A program made the translations under genes and the position numbers. Below the pieces are notes generated by a model that did no database searches, had not been told where the DNA came from, and saw nothing but the letters and a program-made list of their open reading frames with translations. Of a stretch of DNA of 64,000 nt, positions 11,816 to 21,388 are shown piece after piece. Position 1 is the first letter of the stretch; each line of letters opens with the position of its first letter. The DNA comes from an uncultured Holophaga sp. (lineage in GTDB: Bacteria; Acidobacteriota; Holophagae; Holophagales; Holophagaceae): positions 672,001 to 736,000 of the forward strand of contig OY761614.1 in the NCBI GenBank assembly GCA_963664825.1. Direction: 5' to 3'.

Positions 11816-13903
11816 TTAGAAGCCCACGATCACGGCGTATGAGGCCGAAGAATTAACGCTGAAGTTCACCCCACTACCACCGTCATCCACAACGAACTGG
11901 ATGGCATCCGTGGGAGCCAAGGGGCCTACATAGGTCACCGTGCCATCGTAAACCTCAACAGTAGAGTTTGTGGTGCCAAGAACCGCTGCCAAGGTGTTTC
12001 CACTCTTCATGATTCGAATGCCTGGATAGGCGATTGTTCCTGCGGATGAACTTGTTAAATTCCCATGAAAGGTGACACTGAAGATCCCCGCAGTGCCGAC
12101 CGTGAAGGAGTTAAGCCCTGGCGACCAAGTCCCACTGGCGCAAATCCCCGTGGGCGTTAAGAAGCTGACCGTGCTCATCCCACCGGGGGGGACACTACCG
12201 GACCCTCCGCTAAGCTTCAGGTAATTACTGTATGCCTTGGTGCCATCAGCGCCCTTCGAGGCGAGCACAGACCACGTCGCACCAGCACTCGGAGTCACGC
12301 CGGTATTGGCGATTAAGGCAATGTAACTCGTCCCATCGTTGGAAACGGCATCACCAATAGCGTAGTTCGCCGAAACGCTCCAGGCGCCCTTGAAGGCCAC
12401 AGGAGGGCCTTGAGGGCCTTGATCGCCTTTGGAACCCGCCGCTCCCGCTGCACCCGTAATACCTTGATCGCCTTTGGGACCCGCTGCACCCGTCGCCCCG
12501 GTTGCACCCGTCGCTCCGATTGCGCCCTGGGGAATCGTGAAGTTGAGTATGGCCGAGCCGGAGGTCCCCGCATTGGTGACGGATGCCGAAGTTCCGGCAG
12601 GGCCAGTGGTCGTGGTTCCAACCGAAACCGTGCCCGTGGAACCCGCCAAGGCGAGCACAGCCCAATAAGTCCCGCTTCCAGCCACATCCGTCACAGGGTT
12701 AATGTTGTAATTGTTGCCCGTAAGGGCGATGTAGCTCGTCCCCTTTTCGGAAACCGCATCACCAACAGCGTAGGTCACCGAACTGCTCCAAGCGCCCTTG
12801 AAGGTGACTGGGGGGCCTTGCACTCCTGTCGCACCCGTAGCCCCGGGGGCTCCAACAGGACCCATCAGCCCCACACCCTGGGGACCTTGAGGGCCCGCCG
12901 GCCCAGTCGCTCCGGTTGCGCCCGCGGGAATCGTGAAGTTGAGCACGGCGGCGCTGGAGGTGCCCGCATTGGTGACGGATGCCGAAGTTCCGGCAGGGCC
13001 AGTGGCCACGGTCCCAACCGCAACGGTGCCCGCTGTGCCCGCCAAACCCGCCTTGGCGAGCACAGCCCATTTCGTCCCACCGCCCGTCGCAATATCCGTG
13101 ACGGGGTCGTTGCCTGAATTCCCATTCACCAATGAGATGTAGCTCGTCCCATTTTCGGAAACGGCATCACCAATCACAAAGGGTGTCGTCCTGTCCCAGG
13201 CGCCCTTGAAGGTGACTGGGGGGCCTTGCACTCCCGTCGCACCCGCAGCCCCGGGGGCTCCAACAGGACCCATCAGCCCCACACCCTGGGGACCTTGAGG
13301 TCCCTGAGGTCCCTGGGCACCCGCAGGCCCTGCGGGACCGACGGGCCCTTGAGGCCCTGCCACACCGGCGACGGCGGAAGCGATCCAGTTCGTGCCATCG
13401 AAGACCAGGGACTGGCCGGCGCTGGGCGTACTGCTCAGTTCCAGGGGGTAGCCCGCGATCTTTTTCACGGACATGGCGCTCTGGGTGCCCTCCACATCCC
13501 CCGCGAAGGCGCCTGTGACCTCGAAGGCCGAGCGCGCCTGGAGGGTGGGCACCAGATCCGCGTCCGGACTGAGGGCCGTGCCGCCCACGGTCACGTGCAG
13601 TTTCAGACCACCCGTAGCGAGCAGAGAACTCGGGATCGCCGTCATGGGGCTGGCCCCCAGCACGGCGGAGTAAAGCCCGCTATTCACGGAGAGAGACTGA
13701 TCCCCTGAGGTCCAGAGTACATTCCCGGAGCCATCCAGGATGGAAAAGGCGAAGACCCGCATCCCCGTCACGGGCAAGGTCCCCTCCAGAAGACGGCCCT
13801 GGTAGGCGATCTGGGGGCTGGGGATCGCGCTCCCCGCATGGACCACAAAGACGATCTGGCTCGTCAGGGCCAGGGCAAGGGAGCTAAGGAAGGCGTGTCG
13901 CAT
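11816..13903 (-). CDS. Secreted collagen-like fibre protein with CBM5/12-like modules and C1q/BclA-like C-terminal domain
   Basis: Signal peptide, YQGRL N-terminal domain, Gly-X-Y tracts, three FKGAW..GDAVS..GTSYI modules, beta-rich C-terminus ([13 protein letters not shown]). Confidence 0.8.
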   Translation of the reverse strand: MRHAFLSSLALALTSQIVFVVHAGSAIPSPQIAYQGRLLEGTLPVTGMRVFAFSILDGSGNVLWTSGDQSLSVNSGLYSAVLGASPMTAIPSSLLATGGLKLHVTVGGTALSPDADLVPTLQARSAFEVTGAFAGDVEGTQSAMSVKKIAGYPLELSSTPSAGQSLVFDGTNWIASAVAGVAGPQGPVGPAGPAGAQGPQGPQGPQGVGLMGPVGAPGAAGATGVQGPPVTFKGAWDRTTPFVIGDAVSENGTSYISLVNGNSGNDPVTDIATGGGTKWAVLAKAGLAGTAGTVAVGTVATGPAGTSASVTNAGTSSAAVLNFTIPAGATGATGPAGPQGPQGVGLMGPVGAPGATGATGVQGPPVTFKGAWSSSVTYAVGDAVSEKGTSYIALTGNNYNINPVTDVAGSGTYWAVLALAGSTGTVSVGTTTTGPAGTSASVTNAGTSGSAILNFTIPQGAIGATGATGATGAAGPKGDQGITGAAGAAGSKGDQGPQGPPVAFKGAWSVSANYAIGDAVSNDGTSYIALIANTGVTPSAGATWSVLASKGADGTKAYSNYLKLSGGSGSVPPGGMSTVSFLTPTGICASGTWSPGLNSFTVGTAGIFSVTFHGNLTSSSAGTIAYPGIRIMKSGNTLAAVLGTTNSTVEVYDGTVTYVGPLAPTDAIQFVVDDGGSGVNFSVNSSASYAVIVGF
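12567..13005. repeat. 43-bp identical direct repeat within fibre gene
   Basis: CCCGCATTGGTGACGGATGCCGAAGTTCCGGCAGGGCCAGTGG at 12567-12609 and 12963-13005. Confidence 0.9.
12792..13300. repeat. 101-bp near-identical direct repeat within fibre gene
   Basis: 12792-12892 and 13200-13300 differ at 2 positions; the repeat encodes [17 protein letters not shown]...[11 protein letters not shown]. Confidence 0.9.
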
Positions 13904-13929
13904 GGGTATTCTCAGAATCCGTGAAAAGG

Positions 13930-14514
13930 TCAGGGGTTGCTGGGCTGGGGTTCAGGGAGGAAGCCGTGACGGACTTCCAGGTTCCCGGTGCTGTCATGGG
14001 CGGTCGTAGCCCCCAGCGGTTCCAGGGCTACAGCCTGGTTCGCGAGATTTCCACCGGTCTGCAGGCTCCCGGAGGCCTGGACCTGGTTGGGGGGCAGAGA
14101 GGCCGGTGGCAACGCGGCCAGCACACTGAGCTCGAGGGGGATGGTCTGGACTCGACTGCCGGAGGTCCCCGTGAGCACTAGGTTCCCCAGGGACTGGGCG
14201 CTCACGCCATCGGCCACCGTGAGGGTCAGACGGCCCGTGAGCGCCCCGGCGGCCACGCTGCCGCTAGCCACCACCCCGGAAGGCAGCCCCGGAACACTCA
14301 GGGTGATGGCCTCCGGAAAACCGCCGTAGCGCGTCACGGAAACCGTCAGGTAGCCGCTCCCCCCAGAGGGGATATCCAGACTGGCGGGCGAAGCCGAAAG
14401 GGTGAACCGCTGGTCCAGGGAACGGAAGACACCCTGCCCCTTGCTGCCACCTCCGCAGCCCTGGCCCAGAGCCAAGACCACTACCGAAAAGAACAAAATC
14501 AACGATGGACGCAA
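13930..14514 (-). CDS. Putative lipoprotein with Ig-like domain
   Basis: Hydrophobic signal ending LGQG|C, an Ig-like beta-sandwich ([10 protein letters not shown]...[10 protein letters not shown]...LTLTV), and a short C-terminal domain ending RHGFLP. TTG start. Confidence 0.75.
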   Translation of the reverse strand: MRPSLILFFSVVVLALGQGCGGGSKGQGVFRSLDQRFTLSASPASLDIPSGGSGYLTVSVTRYGGFPEAITLSVPGLPSGVVASGSVAAGALTGRLTLTVADGVSAQSLGNLVLTGTSGSRVQTIPLELSVLAALPPASLPPNQVQASGSLQTGGNLANQAVALEPLGATTAHDSTGNLEVRHGFLPEPQPSNP

Positions 14515-14673
14515 GGCTCCGCCTGACGAATGGGAATTGAGGAGAGTGTGCTCTCCAATGGGACCCAGCCTCGCTGAAGAGCTTCAGTCATTGTATGTCG
14601 AGTACGATGCCCCGTGCTGGATTTTGCAGAAAAAACCAGATTCCGCAGGGCCGATTCTATGGATTCAAGGCGG

Positions 14674-15192
14674 CTACTTCCGGATCACAACGCCCAACGA
14701 AAAGGCCAGGTTCTTCTGGGTCTCGTCCACGTAGCGGGTGATGGAATAGTCCCCCTGGCCACGCAGGGAAAGGATGGGGGTGATGGCGACATTCACGCCG
14801 ATACCAGGCCCGCAAACAAAGCTGACGCTTCGATCGGAAAGCGCACCGGAGCTGCCCCTTAGATCGGCTCGCCCCAGGAGCAGGTGGGCAAAGCCGCTCC
14901 ATCGATCGGAGATGGGCAAGGTGTAGCGGGGTCCCGCCAGGACCATCCACTGCTTGAGGTGGACCACATCAGCTTCCGTGCCCTCATGCAGGGTCAAGAC
15001 CCCTTCCAGGGACCAGGAGGCGTCCAGGTGGTAGGCTCCCCCGACGAAGGCCCCGTCCAGGGTGCGGGCAACCCCGTGGACAGGTCTCATCCGGTACGCG
15101 GAATAGCCCACGGAGCCCTCCAGGGGAGAGGTGACCTGGGCTTGAAGAGCGCAGGCAAGGCAGACCGTGGGGACCAAATAATGGAATCGCAT
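14674..15192 (-). CDS. Outer-membrane beta-barrel protein (small, OmpA/OmpW-like 8-strand type)
   Basis: Signal peptide, alternating amphipathic strands with AGPRY and GPGIGV, terminal strand AFSLGVVIRK. Start moved to ATG 15192. Confidence 0.75.
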   Translation of the reverse strand: MRFHYLVPTVCLACALQAQVTSPLEGSVGYSAYRMRPVHGVARTLDGAFVGGAYHLDASWSLEGVLTLHEGTEADVVHLKQWMVLAGPRYTLPISDRWSGFAHLLLGRADLRGSSGALSDRSVSFVCGPGIGVNVAITPILSLRGQGDYSITRYVDETQKNLAFSLGVVIRK

Positions 15193-15272
15193 GGGAATAA
15201 TCATAGCCAAAACGTGATGTAGGGGCGGTCCAGGGTGCCCGCGACAGCAAGTGCGGTAGGACCTTGCGCGAC

Positions 15273-15896
15273 CTAAACCAAGCCTTCGCTTCGCAGCCCT
15301 TCAGCCTCCTTCTTCAGCTTGTCGCGGTAGATTGGATAGCATTCCGGACAAAGGCCGTGGCTGAAATCCGCCTCCGAGTGTTCGTGGAGATACTGCTCGA
15401 GAATTTCCCAATAGCCTTGGTCGTTCTTGATTTTCTTGCAGACCATGCAAATGGGCAGTAGGCCCTGAAGCGTCCGAATTTGGGATGCCTGGGACTCGGC
15501 CAGAGCCGCTTGGGCCTCCACGCGCTCGGTGATATCGGTGCAGCTCCCGATGTAGCCTCCAAACGTGCCATCCGGGCGATACATGGGGACGCCCCGGTCG
15601 AGGATCCATCTCCAGGCGCCGTCGTGGCGTCGCAAGCGATATTCCATCTCGAAAAGGGCCCGGCGATGAAAATGGTCCATGTAGATATCCAGACAGCGCT
15701 GGAGGTCCTCCGGATGCACCCCCTCTGCCCAGCCGTTCCCAATCTCTTGGGCCATGGGACGTCCCGTGAAATCCAACCACCGTTGGTTGAAGTAATCACA
15801 CAAGCCATCCGTCCCCGCCCGCCAGATCAGGATTGGAGCCTGTTCCACCAGGACAGCATACTCACCGGGTTCCAGCCGAGGCTCCACGGGCCGCAT
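15273..15896 (-). CDS. PAS-domain protein with C-terminal Cys-rich (CxxC...SHGxCPxC) domain
   Basis: PAS/PAC motifs (YFNQRW, VHPED, EYRLRRHDG.WRW, YIGSCTDITE) followed by LLPICMVCKKIK...FSHGLCPEC. GGAGG RBS before ATG 15896. Confidence 0.85.
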   Translation of the reverse strand: MRPVEPRLEPGEYAVLVEQAPILIWRAGTDGLCDYFNQRWLDFTGRPMAQEIGNGWAEGVHPEDLQRCLDIYMDHFHRRALFEMEYRLRRHDGAWRWILDRGVPMYRPDGTFGGYIGSCTDITERVEAQAALAESQASQIRTLQGLLPICMVCKKIKNDQGYWEILEQYLHEHSEADFSHGLCPECYPIYRDKLKKEAEGLRSEGLV

Positions 15897-16066
15897 GACG
15901 CCTCCAGAAAAGCCCATGCTAATCCAGAAAGCCCCAAACTCCTGGGCAATTCCCCTGAGCGGCCCTCGGATGAAAAGTCATCCACCACCCACGTCCGCAT
16001 TCCGTTCCCTGGATTCGGGCAAACCCGTATTCCAGGAACCCGCATCCAGGCTAGGCTAATAAGGCG

Positions 16067-16152
16067 GCTCGCATGGCGGAATGGCAGACGCCGTGGACTT
16101 AAAATCCATTGCCCGCAAGGGCGTGCCGGTTCGAGTCCGGCTGCGAGCACCA
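16067..16152 (+). tRNA. tRNA-Leu (anticodon TAA)
   Basis: Acceptor stem GCTCGCA/TGCGAGC, anticodon loop CT-TAA-AA, long variable arm GCCCGCAAGGGC, GGTTCGAGTCC T-arm, encoded CCA. Confidence 0.97.
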
Positions 16153-16281
16153 ATCACTAAGCAAAATCAAAGGAGTGATTCGACCGGCGGTGCCACCCGC
16201 ATCGACCCTTGTTGCTCAGTCGTGCGGGGGCCCGGCGGCGCAGGCTCCACTGGAGCCTGCTCTGCCACCCGCATCGACTTC

Positions 16282-16311
16282 GCCAGTTCGAGCCGGCTGC
16301 GAGCACCAATC
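16282..16311 (+). repeat. Duplicated tRNA-Leu 3' end (att-like site)
   Basis: CCGGCTGCGAGCACCAATC is exact at 16137-16155 and 16293-16311, and the second copy is preceded by a degenerate T-arm GCCAGTTCGAG. Confidence 0.85.
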
Positions 16312-16342
16312 CGAAAGCCAACATCCCCAGCCCGATCGGGTC

Positions 16343-16447
16343 CTTTTCACCGCGAAGAGCACGAAGACCGCAAAGAGATGGGGCAGGCATCCTGATGTTT
16401 CCAGTCTTTCTCGGCGTTCTCAGCGTTCTCAGCGTTCTTGCGGTGAG
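16343..16447. repeat. REP-like imperfect palindromic element
   Basis: TCACCGCGAAGAGC...GTTCTTGCGGTGA arms with tandem GCGTTCTCA units. Confidence 0.65.
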
Positions 16448-17633
16448 ACTCCGTCCGGCAGGTCCTCACGGTGCGCCTTGCCTGGTCGATCTCCACACGG
16501 AAGGGGCCTTCTCCCTCCGGGATGCCGTACCCGGCGCGCAATTCATCCAGGCTTAGGCGCTGGCCCTCGAAGGCCGGGAAGAGGCTCCACTGGAGGGCGT
16601 ATTCCAGGCCATGGGGCATGCCATCGGAGCCGAAGAGGAGATCCTTTCCGGGTTGGAACCCCACCCGATCGATGAGCATGCGGAAGGGGTTATTGGCCTC
16701 CCGCCAGGACTCGCCTAGGCGGTCCGCGTAGTCCACGCTATCGCTGGAAAAATTGGGCTGCATGGAGAGCGTGAGGCCCAGATCCCGGGCCCGGCGCGCC
16801 TGGGACTCCGTGATGAACTGGGCGTGCTCGATGCGGATGCCGGTGAAAGCGAGGCCCTCCCCTGCCGCGCGTTCCAGGCATTGGATCACCCGCTCGATGG
16901 CCAGATCCCCGATGGCATGGATGGCCAGGGCCTTGCCCAGGGGATGGAGGCGCGCCAATTCCTCCAGGAAGGCCTCACTCTCCCAGAGGAGCATCCCCGG
17001 ACGACCGTCCAGGTAGGGTTCCGAGAGGGCGGCCGTGCGGGCTCCGATGGCTCCGTCGGCGAAGAGCTTGAGGCCCTGGGCCTCCCGCTGGGCTTCCAGG
17101 GGAAGGGCCAGGAAGAGCTCCGGACTGGCCCAGAAACGGCAGGGCCCGGCGTACCTCATCACGCGCCAGGCCTCCGCGTCCATGAGCAGCATGTCCTCGG
17201 CGGCGCCGATGCCAAGGGCTTCCAGCTGCGCCAGGAAGGCCGCCAGCTTGGAGGCATCCAGGCGCGCGAGCCTCCCGTAGAGGGAGAGGAGGCGGGGCAG
17301 GTTGCGCTCGCACCAGGCGGGATCCCCGCTCCGCTCCACCACTCCCGGCTCCAGCTCCCGCAGGAGCCTCTCACCGGAAGGGTTCAGGCGGAAACCGTGC
17401 AGGCTGAAATTCACCAGGAGCAGGGGCGGCAGAGCGTCCAACTCGGCGGCTGCGAAGGGAAGGCGACCGCTGTGCCAGCCGGGCACCACATTCAGGCGGT
17501 CCTGGGGCAGGCCCTTAAGCAGGGCGAGGGCCTCCCCTCTCCCGAGCCCGGCCAGGCTGGGACAGCCCCCGAGGGCGGCGTAGAGGGAGACATGGGTGTG
17601 GCGATCGAAACCGAGGGGCAAGGAATGGATCAC
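16347..17633 (-). CDS. Amidohydrolase family protein (YtcJ/Amidohydro_3-like)
   Basis: DRHTH, KLFADGA, HAIGD, RIEHAQ and FGSDG metal-binding motifs. GTG start at 17633 with GGAG RBS. Confidence 0.85.
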   Translation of the reverse strand: MIHSLPLGFDRHTHVSLYAALGGCPSLAGLGRGEALALLKGLPQDRLNVVPGWHSGRLPFAAAELDALPPLLLVNFSLHGFRLNPSGERLLRELEPGVVERSGDPAWCERNLPRLLSLYGRLARLDASKLAAFLAQLEALGIGAAEDMLLMDAEAWRVMRYAGPCRFWASPELFLALPLEAQREAQGLKLFADGAIGARTAALSEPYLDGRPGMLLWESEAFLEELARLHPLGKALAIHAIGDLAIERVIQCLERAAGEGLAFTGIRIEHAQFITESQARRARDLGLTLSMQPNFSSDSVDYADRLGESWREANNPFRMLIDRVGFQPGKDLLFGSDGMPHGLEYALQWSLFPAFEGQRLSLDELRAGYGIPEGEGPFRVEIDQARRTVRTCRTESHRKNAENAENAEKDWKHQDACPISLRSSCSSR

Positions 17634-17735
17634 GGACGAACTCCATGGAGGAGGGAATGCGGCCTCATAGCCCGAGGGCACGGCCTTCCGAAAATCCGGA
17701 TGGTCGTGCCCTCGAACCTATGCAGCGTTCTGGAA

Positions 17736-20700
17736 CTACTCGCCGTCCACGTTCTTCACGGGCATGGTCAGCTTGGCCATGTTCTCGTAAGTGGCGAAAC
17801 GGTTGGTCACTTCGCGCTGAGCCATGGCCAGGAGATGCCGGAAGCGCTCGGGGTTCACCTGCTCGACCATGCGGTAGCGGGTCTCGTTGCGGACGTAGGT
17901 GCCCAGCTCGATCTTCGGAGCGGGGCTATCCATCTGCAGCGGGGCTTCGCCCTGCTCGATGCGGCGGGGGTCGTAGCGGAAGAGGGGCCAATGGCCGGAA
18001 TCCACCGCCAGCTTCTGCTGTTCGCAGCCGTTGACCAGATCGATGCCGTGGGCGATGCAGTGGCTGTAGGCCAGGATGATCGAGGGACCATCGAAGCTCT
18101 CCGCTTCCTGGAAGGCCTTGACCACCTGCGCGTCCTTGGCTCCCATGGCGACCTTGGCCACATAGACGTTGCCATAGGACATGGCGATCATCGCCATATC
18201 CTTCTTGGGCTGGGTCTTACCGGCCATGGCGAACTTGGCAGAGGCGCCGATGGGCGTGGACTTGGAGGCCTGGCCACCGGTGTTGGAGTAGACCTCGGTA
18301 TCGAGGATCAGGATGTTCACGTTGCGGCCCTGGGCGATGACATGATCGAGACCGCCGTAGCCGATGTCATAGGCCCATCCGTCGCCACCCACGATCCAGA
18401 GGCTCTTCTTCACCAGGTAGTCGGCGATGAGTTCGAACCAGCGGGCCTCGGGAGTTTTGATGGTCGAGAGCTTCTGTTTGAGGGCCACCACGCGCTCGCG
18501 CTGGGCCTTGATCCCTGTTTCCGTGCTCTGGTCGGCGTTGGCGATGCCTGCCACCAGTGCGTCGCCGAGGCTGGGGGCCAGGCGGGTCAACATCTCGAGG
18601 GCCTGGTCACGGTTCTTGTCCAGGGACAGACGCATGCCGTAACCGAATTCGGCGTTGTCCTCGAAGAGGCTGTTGCACCAGGCGGGACCGCGGCCGTCCT
18701 TGTTGACAGTGTAGGGCGTCGTGGGCAGGTTGCCACCATAGATGGAAGAGCAGCCCGTCGCATTGGCGATGACGGCCCTGTCCCCGAAGAGCTGGGTGAG
18801 CAGCTTGATGTAGGGGGTCTCGCCGCAGCCCGCGCAGGCGCCGCTGAACTCGAAGAGGGGCTGCATGAACTGCGTGCCCTTCACGTCGGCCTTGAGAGTC
18901 GTGCGATCGGCTTCGGGAAGTTCGAGGAAGAACGCGTAGTTCTCGGCTTCCGCTTCGCGCAGAGGCATCTGCGAAGCCATGTCGATGGCCTTGTGCTGGG
19001 GGTTGGTCTTGTCCTTGGCGGGGCAGACGCTGACGCAGATGCCGCAGCCGGTGCAATCCTCGGGAGCCACCTGGATGGTGAACTTCTGGCCCGGGAACTC
19101 CTTGCCCTTGTAGTCGACGCTCTTGAAGGTCGCGGGCGCCTTGGCCAGGCTAGCGGGATCGTAGACCTTGGGCCGAATGGCGGCGTGGGGGCAGATCATC
19201 GCGCACTTGTTGCACTGGATGCAGATCGACTTGTCCCAGACGGGGATCTCGAGGGCGATATTGCGCTTCTCCCACTGGGTGGTGCCCATGGGCCACGTGC
19301 CATCCACGGGGAAGGCGCTGACGGGCAGGAGATCGCCCTGGCCGGCCATCATCACGGCCTGGACCTTCTTGGTGAACTCAGGCGCCGCGTCACTCACGAA
19401 GGGCGGCATGCAGTGGGTGGCGTTCACGGAGGCGGGCACCTTCACTTCGTGGAGATGGGCCAACGTGTGATCCACGGCGGCGAAATTCTTCTGAACGACC
19501 GCCTCGCCCTTCTTGGTGTAGGACTTCTTGATGGCCTTCTTGATCTGCTCGATGGCCTCGTCCTTGGGCAGTACGCCGGAGATGGCGAAGAAGCAGGTCT
19601 GCATGATGGTGTTGATGCGCACGCCCATGCCGGTGGCCTTGGCCACTTCGTAGGCATCGATGACGAAGAACTTCAGTTTCTTGGTGAGGATGGATTCCTG
19701 CACTTCCTTGGGCAGGGTGCTCCAGACCTCGTCCTTGCTGTAGGGGGTATTGAGCAGGAAGGTCGCGCCCTCGCCGGCATTGCAGAGCATGTCGTACTTC
19801 TCGAGGAAGCTGGTCTGGTGGCAGGCGATGAAGTTGGCCTTGCGGATGAGGTAGGCGGAGCGAATCTTCCGGGGCCCGAAGCGCAGGTGGGAGGTGGTGA
19901 TGGCACCGGCCTTCTTGGAGTCGTAGACGAAGTAGCCCTGACCGTAGTTGGAGGTCTCCTCGGCGATGATCTTGATGGAGTTCTTGTTGGCGCCCACGGT
20001 GCCATCGGAACCCAGGCCGAAGAACATGGCCCGCTTCACATCCGCCGCTTCGATATCGAAGTCCATGTCCACCGACAGGCTGGTGTGCGTGACATCGTCG
20101 TTGATGCCCACGGTGAAGTGCTTCTTGGGGGCATCCTTGGCGAGCTCGTCATAGATGGCCTTGACCATGGCGGGGGTGAATTCCTTGCTGGAGAGGCCGT
20201 AGCGGCCCCCGATCACCCGAGGATTCAGGGTGGTGGTGCCCGTTTCCCGGGCCTCGCTCAGCGCGGTGATCACGTCCATGTAGAGGGGCTCGCCAAGGGT
20301 GCCGGGCTCCTTGCAGCGATCCAGGACGGCGATCTTCTTGACGGTCTTGGGCAGCGCGTGGACGAAGTGCTCGATGGAGAAGGGACGGAAGAGCCGGACC
20401 TTGAGGAGGCCGAGCTTCTCGCCCTTGGCCTGGGCCCACTCCACGTACTCGTGGGCCACATCGGCGCCGGAGCCCATGACGATGATCACGCGCTCGGCAT
20501 CCGGGGCGCCGAAGTATTCGAAGAGCTGGTACTGACGGCCCGTCAGCTTCGCGAACTTGTCCATCTCCTCCTGCACGATGCCGGGAGTGGCGGCGTAGTA
20601 GGTGTTGCAAGCCTCCCGAGCCTGGAAGAACACGTCCGGGTTCTGGGCCGTGCCGCGGATCTGGGGCTTGTCCGGCGTCATGGCGCGCTGGCGGTGGGAA

Positions 20701-21305
20701 GCGACGAGCTCATCGGTCACCATGAACCGGAGGTCCTCGTCGTTGAGCATCTCGATCTTGTTGATCTCGTGGCTGGTGCGGAAGCCGTCGAAATAGTGCA
20801 TGAAGGGCACGCGGCTGCGCAGGGTGGAACTCTGGCTGATCAGCGCGAAATCGTGGGCCTGCTGGACGCTATCGGAGGACAGCATGGCGAAGCCGGTCTG
20901 GCGGCATCCCATCACGTCGCTGTGATCGCCGAAGATGGAGAGCGCGTGGGTGGCGATGGTGCGGGCCGTCACGTGCAGCACGAAGGGCGTCAGCTCACCG
21001 GCGATCTTGTACATGATCGGGATAAAGAGCAGGAGGCCCTGGGAGGCCGTGAAGGAGGTCGTCAGCGAACCCGCCTGGAGGGCCCCGTGGACCGCGCCAG
21101 CGGCGCCGCCCTCGGACTGCATCTCAGCCACGGAAGGAACGGTGCCCCAGATGTTCTTCTTGCCCTGGGAACTCCATTCGTCGGACCACTCGCCCATGTT
21201 CGACGAGGGGGTGATCGGGTAAATCGCGATGACTTCGTTGGTACGATGGGCGACCGAAGCTGTGGCTTCGTTCCCATCGAGGGTCACCATGCGGCGTTGG
21301 GCCAT
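17736..21305 (-). CDS. nifJ: Pyruvate:ferredoxin (flavodoxin) oxidoreductase
   Basis: YPITPSS, FFGLGSDGTVGANKN, two CxxCxxC 4Fe-4S motifs, GACAGCGE, GGDGWAYDIG. AGGAGG RBS. Confidence 0.98.
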   Translation of the reverse strand: MAQRRMVTLDGNEATASVAHRTNEVIAIYPITPSSNMGEWSDEWSSQGKKNIWGTVPSVAEMQSEGGAAGAVHGALQAGSLTTSFTASQGLLLFIPIMYKIAGELTPFVLHVTARTIATHALSIFGDHSDVMGCRQTGFAMLSSDSVQQAHDFALISQSSTLRSRVPFMHYFDGFRTSHEINKIEMLNDEDLRFMVTDELVASHRQRAMTPDKPQIRGTAQNPDVFFQAREACNTYYAATPGIVQEEMDKFAKLTGRQYQLFEYFGAPDAERVIIVMGSGADVAHEYVEWAQAKGEKLGLLKVRLFRPFSIEHFVHALPKTVKKIAVLDRCKEPGTLGEPLYMDVITALSEARETGTTTLNPRVIGGRYGLSSKEFTPAMVKAIYDELAKDAPKKHFTVGINDDVTHTSLSVDMDFDIEAADVKRAMFFGLGSDGTVGANKNSIKIIAEETSNYGQGYFVYDSKKAGAITTSHLRFGPRKIRSAYLIRKANFIACHQTSFLEKYDMLCNAGEGATFLLNTPYSKDEVWSTLPKEVQESILTKKLKFFVIDAYEVAKATGMGVRINTIMQTCFFAISGVLPKDEAIEQIKKAIKKSYTKKGEAVVQKNFAAVDHTLAHLHEVKVPASVNATHCMPPFVSDAAPEFTKKVQAVMMAGQGDLLPVSAFPVDGTWPMGTTQWEKRNIALEIPVWDKSICIQCNKCAMICPHAAIRPKVYDPASLAKAPATFKSVDYKGKEFPGQKFTIQVAPEDCTGCGICVSVCPAKDKTNPQHKAIDMASQMPLREAEAENYAFFLELPEADRTTLKADVKGTQFMQPLFEFSGACAGCGETPYIKLLTQLFGDRAVIANATGCSSIYGGNLPTTPYTVNKDGRGPAWCNSLFEDNAEFGYGMRLSLDKNRDQALEMLTRLAPSLGDALVAGIANADQSTETGIKAQRERVVALKQKLSTIKTPEARWFELIADYLVKKSLWIVGGDGWAYDIGYGGLDHVIAQGRNVNILILDTEVYSNTGGQASKSTPIGASAKFAMAGKTQPKKDMAMIAMSYGNVYVAKVAMGAKDAQVVKAFQEAESFDGPSIILAYSHCIAHGIDLVNGCEQQKLAVDSGHWPLFRYDPRRIEQGEAPLQMDSPAPKIELGTYVRNETRYRMVEQVNPERFRHLLAMAQREVTNRFATYENMAKLTMPVKNVDGE

Positions 21306-21388
21306 GAGTATCCTCCTACTCGGTTGCGTTGGAATTCGATATAGGGGAGACGGCACGGTCGCCTCGGCTGCGCCGCCTCACAAGCGCG

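Noticed and set aside
12300..13400. Repeats as a CRISPR array or DGR template/variable pair
   Set aside because: The repeats are in-frame coding modules. There is no repeat-spacer periodicity, cas gene or reverse transcriptase in the window.
11816..16311. Prophage
   Set aside because: The fibre has a Sec-type signal peptide, there are no capsid, terminase or integrase genes, and the att-like pair encloses under 160 bp downstream of the tRNA.
16824..21344. 1506-aa plus-strand ORF antisense to nifJ (and similar long antisense ORFs over guaB, the kinase, RND, recQ and MATE)
   Set aside because: Shadow ORFs expected from GC-rich codon bias. They have no recognisable motifs and fully overlap bona fide genes.
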